A DNA stretch of 64,000 nt from Thermodesulfobacteriota bacterium (GTDB taxonomy: Bacteria; Desulfobacterota_D; UBA1144; Nemesobacterales; Mycalebacteriaceae). The translations under genes were made by a program, and so were the position numbers. Of this stretch, positions 38,801 through 44,800 are shown piece after piece. The stretch lies in the NCBI GenBank assembly GCA_965205855.1, contig OZ242184.1, positions 480,001-544,000 on the forward strand. Reading direction: 5' to 3'. Numbering within the stretch: the stretch's first letter is position 1; the number at the start of each line of letters is the position of its first letter. The notes under the pieces were generated by a model that worked only from the letters and a program-made list of their open reading frames with translations, ran no database searches and had not been told where the DNA came from.

Positions 38801-41800
38801 CAGGGTTGGCGTCTATACCATCACCTACAACCTGACAGATGCGGCGGGCAATGATGCCGCGCGGGTCAGGCGCAGGCAGGTTACTGTCACCCCGGACAGA
38901 ACTGCCCCGGTTATCAGCCTGTTAGGCGATGCCGAGATAACCATAGCGGCGGATACTACATATACTGATGCCGGTGCGACAGCCACGGACGTTGTTGACG
39001 GGGATGTTAGCGGCCTGATCACAGCGACCATCGTCTACAATAACAACACCGCCAACATCGGCGACGACGAGACGGTCACTGCAGTCGATACCGGCAGGGT
39101 CGGCACCTACGCCATCACCTACAACGTGTCAGATGCGGCGGGCAACGATGCCACGCCGGTCAGCCGCAGGGTCACTGTCGAGGATCAAACGGCCCCGGTT
39201 ATCACACGGAACGGCTCTTTTGCGGTATCCATCGTAGCGGGAGCGAACTATATTGAAAGCGCGACAGCCACGGACAATATTGACGGGGATATTACCGCTC
39301 GAATCACAACGACCATCGTCTACAACAACAACACCGCCAACACTGGCGACGACGAGACGGTCAATGCGGTCAATACCGGCAGGGTCGGCGTCTACAACAT
39401 CACCTACAACGTGACAGATGTGGCGGGCAACGCTGCCACGCCGGTCGAGCGCAGGGTTACTGTCGCGGATCAAACTGACCCGGTCATTAGCCTGAACGGC
39501 CTTGCTACGGTATCCATCGAACAGGGCGCTGTCTATGCTGATGCCGGGGCGAGGGCCACGGACAATATTGACGGGGATATTACCGCCCGGATCACAGCGA
39601 CCATTACCGACAGCAGTGGCAACGCGATTGCTGCGGTGGATACCGGCACGCCCGGCGTCTACACCATCACCTACAGGGTGGCAGATGTGGCGGGCAACGA
39701 AGCCGAGGTTTCCAGAATTGTCACCGTGAGCGGCGTCCCAATCATCACTGACAGCCAGGGCCAGACCCCGACCCCGACCGAGGGTCAGAGACTGGCGGTA
39801 GCGACCGACACCATTATCGACGCCCAGGGTAGCTTCAGTTACCAATGGACTGCCGATGGAGTGGCGATCAGCGGCGCGAACAGGGCGCGCTACACCCCGA
39901 CCCAGGCCGAGGTGGGCAAGATGATAAGGGTTATTGTGTCCTACACTGATACGCAGAGTGCTAACCGGCGTCTGACCAGCATTCCCGTCGGGCCGGTAGT
40001 CAATGTCAATGACGCGCCCACCGGAGTACCGATCATTGCCGGCATCCCGACCCAAGGTCGGACCCTGACGGCGGATACCTCGGGCATTGAAGATGAAGAT
40101 GGTCTGAATAGAGCGGTTTTCACCTATCAATGGAATACGCGTGTCGGTGGCACGGACACGGCAATTGATGGAGCCACCGCCAGTACCTACACCCTGAGCC
40201 AGTCCGAGGTGGGCGAGAGAATCACCCTGAGCGTCGGCTACACCGATGATGAAAACATGGACGAGGGGCCTCTGACCAGCGTTTCCGTCGGGCCGGTGTC
40301 CAATGCCAATGTTCGTCCCACCGGCGAGGTGACCATTGATGGCACCCCGACCGAGGGTGAGACTCTGACGGCGAATACCGATGCCATTGAAGATGAGGAT
40401 GGTCTGAGTAGAGCGGTTTTCACCTATCAATGGAATACGCGTGTCGGTGGCACGGACACGGCAATTGATGGAGCCACCGCCAGTACCTACACCCTGAGCC
40501 AGTCCGAAGTGGGCGAGAGAATCACCCTGAGCGTCGGCTACACCGATGATGAAAACATGGACGAGGGGCCTCTGACCAGCGTTTCCGTCGGGCCGGTGTC
40601 CAATGTTAATGACGCGCCCACCACCAGCGGTCTGGCGGTTACGACAGACGAGGATATCGCCTATACCTTTGGGTTGGCCGACTTTTCCTTTACCGATGTC
40701 GACACTGGCGATAGTCTGGAGCAAGTGCGCATCGATACCCTGCCCGACGCTGGTATCGGCAGCCTGTCCCTGAGCGGCACAGCGGTGACCGCGATGCAAG
40801 AGATTGCGGTTGGGGATATTACGAATCTGGTCTATACCCCGGTGGCCAATGTCAACGGCGCTGCGACCTTCACCTTCAGCGTCTCCGACGGCACTGCCTT
40901 CAGTGCGTCCGCCACGGCAACCGTGACCGTTACCGCGGTCAATGACCCGCCCACTGGCAGTGTAATCATCACCGGCACGGCGACCGAGGGCCAGACCCTG
41001 ACGGCGAACACCGATGGCATCAGCGATGCCGATGGCCCTGATACCCTGACATTCAGCTATCAATGGCTATCGGGTTTCAGTCCGATAGCCGGCGCGAACG
41101 GAAGCACCTACATCCTGACCCCGGCCGATGTGGGCCAGTTTATCAGCGTGTCCGTCCGCTATACCGATGCTAATAACATGACCCATAGTGTGAGTAGTGC
41201 TCCCTTCGGGCCGGTGGCTGATAATACCCCGCCCATCGCTGATGCCGGTGATGATCAGATTGTGGAAAAAGGCGCGACCGTCACCCTTGACGGCAGTGGC
41301 AGTAGCGATCCCGAGGGCGCGAACCTGACCTACGCCTGGGAACAGACCAGCGGAACCCCGACGGTGACTCTGAATGATACCAGCGCACAAAGCCCGACCT
41401 TTACCGTTCCAGACACAATAACAGCGGGTACTGCCGGCACCCTTAACTTCACCCTGACCGTCACCGAAGCCAGCGCGGGTCGGCTTTCCTCAACCGACCG
41501 CGTTCAGGTACGCATCAGACCGCTATTCCGGGACACAGTGAGCGACCAGACCTATATCCAGAATGTGGCCATAACCGACCTGCAATTGCCCGATGCCCTT
41601 GGTCAGGGCGAGACCTTCACCCTGGTCAGGGCGGGGTCGTCTACAGCCCTGCCGACCGGGCTGACATTTAATGCAGAGACACGCACACTGTCCGGCACCC
41701 CGGAAATAATCGGAACCTTTGACCTGACCTACACCGTAACGGACAGGTTCGGTGGAACCGACACACTGGAATTCAGCATCACTATCACCCCCAATACCCC

Positions 41801-44800
41801 GCCCATCGCCGATGCCGGGGATGATCAGATTGTGGAAAAAGGCACGACCGTCACCCTTGACGGCAGTGGCAGTAGCGATCCCGAGGGCGCGAGCCTGACC
41901 TACTCCTGGAGACAGACCGGGGGCCCGAATGCCACCCTGAATGATGTCAACGCACAAAGCCCGACCTTCACCCTTCCAGACAGAATAAGACCGGGTGCTA
42001 CTACTGGCGTCCTTATCTTCACCCTGACCGTCACCGAAGTCGGCGCGGGCGGACTTTCCTCAACCGACAGCGTCCGGGTACTCATCAGACCGCTGCTTCA
42101 GGACACAGTGAGCGACCAGACCTATATCCGGGATGTGGCTATAACCGATCTGCAATTGCCCGATGCCCTTGGTCAGGGCAACACCTTCACCCTGGTCAGG
42201 GATGGGTCGGCTCCAGCCCTGCCGACCGGGCTGACATTCAATGCAAGGACACGCACACTGTCCGGCACCCCGACAATAATCGGAACCTTTAACTTGATCT
42301 ACACCGTAAGGGACAGGTTCGGTGGAACCGACACACTGGAGTTTAGCATCACCATCATCCCCAATACCCCGCCCATCGCCGATGCCGGGGATGATCAGGT
42401 TGTGGAAAAAGGCACGATCGTCACCCTTGACGGCAGTGGCAGTAACGATCCCGATGGCTCGAGCTTGAACTACGCCTGGGAACAGACCAGCGGAACCCCG
42501 ACGGTGACTCTGAATAATACCAGCGCACAAAGCCCGACCTTTACCGTTTCGGACACAATAGCAACGGATGACGGCATACTTGTGTTCAGCCTGACCGTCA
42601 CCGAAGCCGACACGGGGCTCTCCTCTACAGCCGACAGCGTCGAAATACGCATCAGACCGCTACTCCGGGACACAGTGAGCAACCAGACCTATATCCAGAA
42701 TGTGGCCATAACCGACCTGCAATTGCCCGATGCCCTTGGTCAGGGCGAGACCTTCACCCTGGTCAGGGCGGGGTCGTCTACAGCCCTGCCGACCGGGCTG
42801 ACATTTAATGCAGAGACACGCACACTGTCCGGCACCCCGGAAATATCCGGAATCTTTGACCTGATCTACACCGTAACGGACAGGTTCGGTGGAACCGATA
42901 CACTGGAATTCAGCATTACCATCATCCCCAATACCCCGCCCATCGCCGATGCCGGGGATGATCAGATTGTGGAAAAAGGCACGACCGTCACCCTTGACGG
43001 CAGTGGCAGTAGCGATCCCGAGGGTGCGAGCCTGACCTACGCCTGGGAACAGACCAGCGGAACCCCGACGGTGACTCTGAATAATACCAGCGCACAAAGC
43101 CCGACCTTTACCGTTTCGGACACAATAGCAACGGATGACGGCATACTTGTGTTCAGCCTGACCGTCACCGAAGCCGACACGGGGCTCTCCTCTACAGCCG
43201 ACAGCGTCGAAATACGCATCAGACCGCTACTCCGGGACACAGTGAGCAACCAGACCTATATCCAGAATGTGGCCATAACCGACCTGCAATTGCCCGATGC
43301 CCTTGGTCAGGGCGAGACCTTCACCCTGGTCAGGGCGGGGTCGTCTACAGCCCTGCCGACCGGGCTGACATTTAATGCAGAGACACGCACACTGTCCGGC
43401 ACCCCGGAAATATCCGGAATCTTTGACCTGATCTACACCGTAACGGACAGGTTCGGTGGAACCGATACACTGGAATTCAGCATTACCATCACCCCCAATA
43501 CCCCGCCCACCTCAAGCGGTCTGGCGGTCACCACCGACGAGGATGCCGAATATACCTTTGCGGTTGTCGACTTCCCCTTTACCGATGCCGACGGCAATAG
43601 CCTGCAAGCGGTGCGCATCGATAGCCTGCCCGCCAGCGGTAGCCTGACCTTGGGCGGTACGGCGGTTAACGAGGGGCAAGAGATAGCCGTTGCGAATATT
43701 CCGACCTTGGTCTATACCCCGGTGGCCAATGCCAACGGCGATGTGACCTTCGACTTCAGCGTCTCCGATGGCGCTGACTTCAGTGAGTCCTCCACGGCGG
43801 TACTGACCATAGAAGCGTCAAATGACACTGCGACGGGATTGCCTACAATTACGGGCACGGCGAACGAGGGAGAGGTACTGACGGCGGATGTCTCTGGTAT
43901 TGAGGATATAGATGGTCTGCCCGAGCTGTCCATGTTCACCTATCAATGGAATACGCGGGTCGGGAGCACGGACACGCCGATTAACAACGCGACCACCGAA
44001 ACCTACACCCCGACCGAGGACGAGGTGGGCGAGTTTATCACGGTGACGGTCATCTTCACAGATGGCGGTGGCACGCGTGAAAGCCTTACAAGTGAGTCAA
44101 CGATGGAGGTGACAGATATTGTCAGGGTGTTAACGACGGACGAGGCGTTGCGTCTCAACGCGGAGCCACCGACCACGGACACGACGGGAAGTATTATCAT
44201 GTTGTCGACCAGCGAAGAAGTAATCCTTGATAACGCTAATGGTGAGGATTTCACAGTTACCTCAACCCTGAATGGCGAAACAATACCTCACGAGGTTACC
44301 GATATCAGGGCGGGCAGTATCGTACTGGAGGTGACCCCGGCAATCGGGTTCGGATCTCTCATCGTGGTTTCCTATAGTCCGGTTCAAGGTTCCATTACGG
44401 GTGTCAATACGGGCAATCCGGTGGTTCCGTTCAGTATAAGTGTGAACAACGCGGTACGGCCGTTGAATGAAGACCTGGATCGTGAAGGGAGGAAAACGTT
44501 GTTGACGCACCTTGCGGGTGTTCAGAGCGATCTGGTGATAAGTACGGTACAGAACCACCTGAGGGCGCTGGACGGAGGCAACCGTGTGAGCGTTCCACGA
44601 CATGCGGGCGTAGAGACAGAGGGAGAAGGCAAATACGTTGAATACGAGAACGTCCGTGAGATGCTGTCTCATCTGGAGTTTGATCTTTCCCTGAACAGTC
44701 TGATGGGGTCGAATGAGGAGTGGCGCAAGACCGGTATTTCGTCCGCCGGGTTAGAGAGTTCGACTGATTTGTCATCGCCGCGGACACTTACCCTGTGGGG

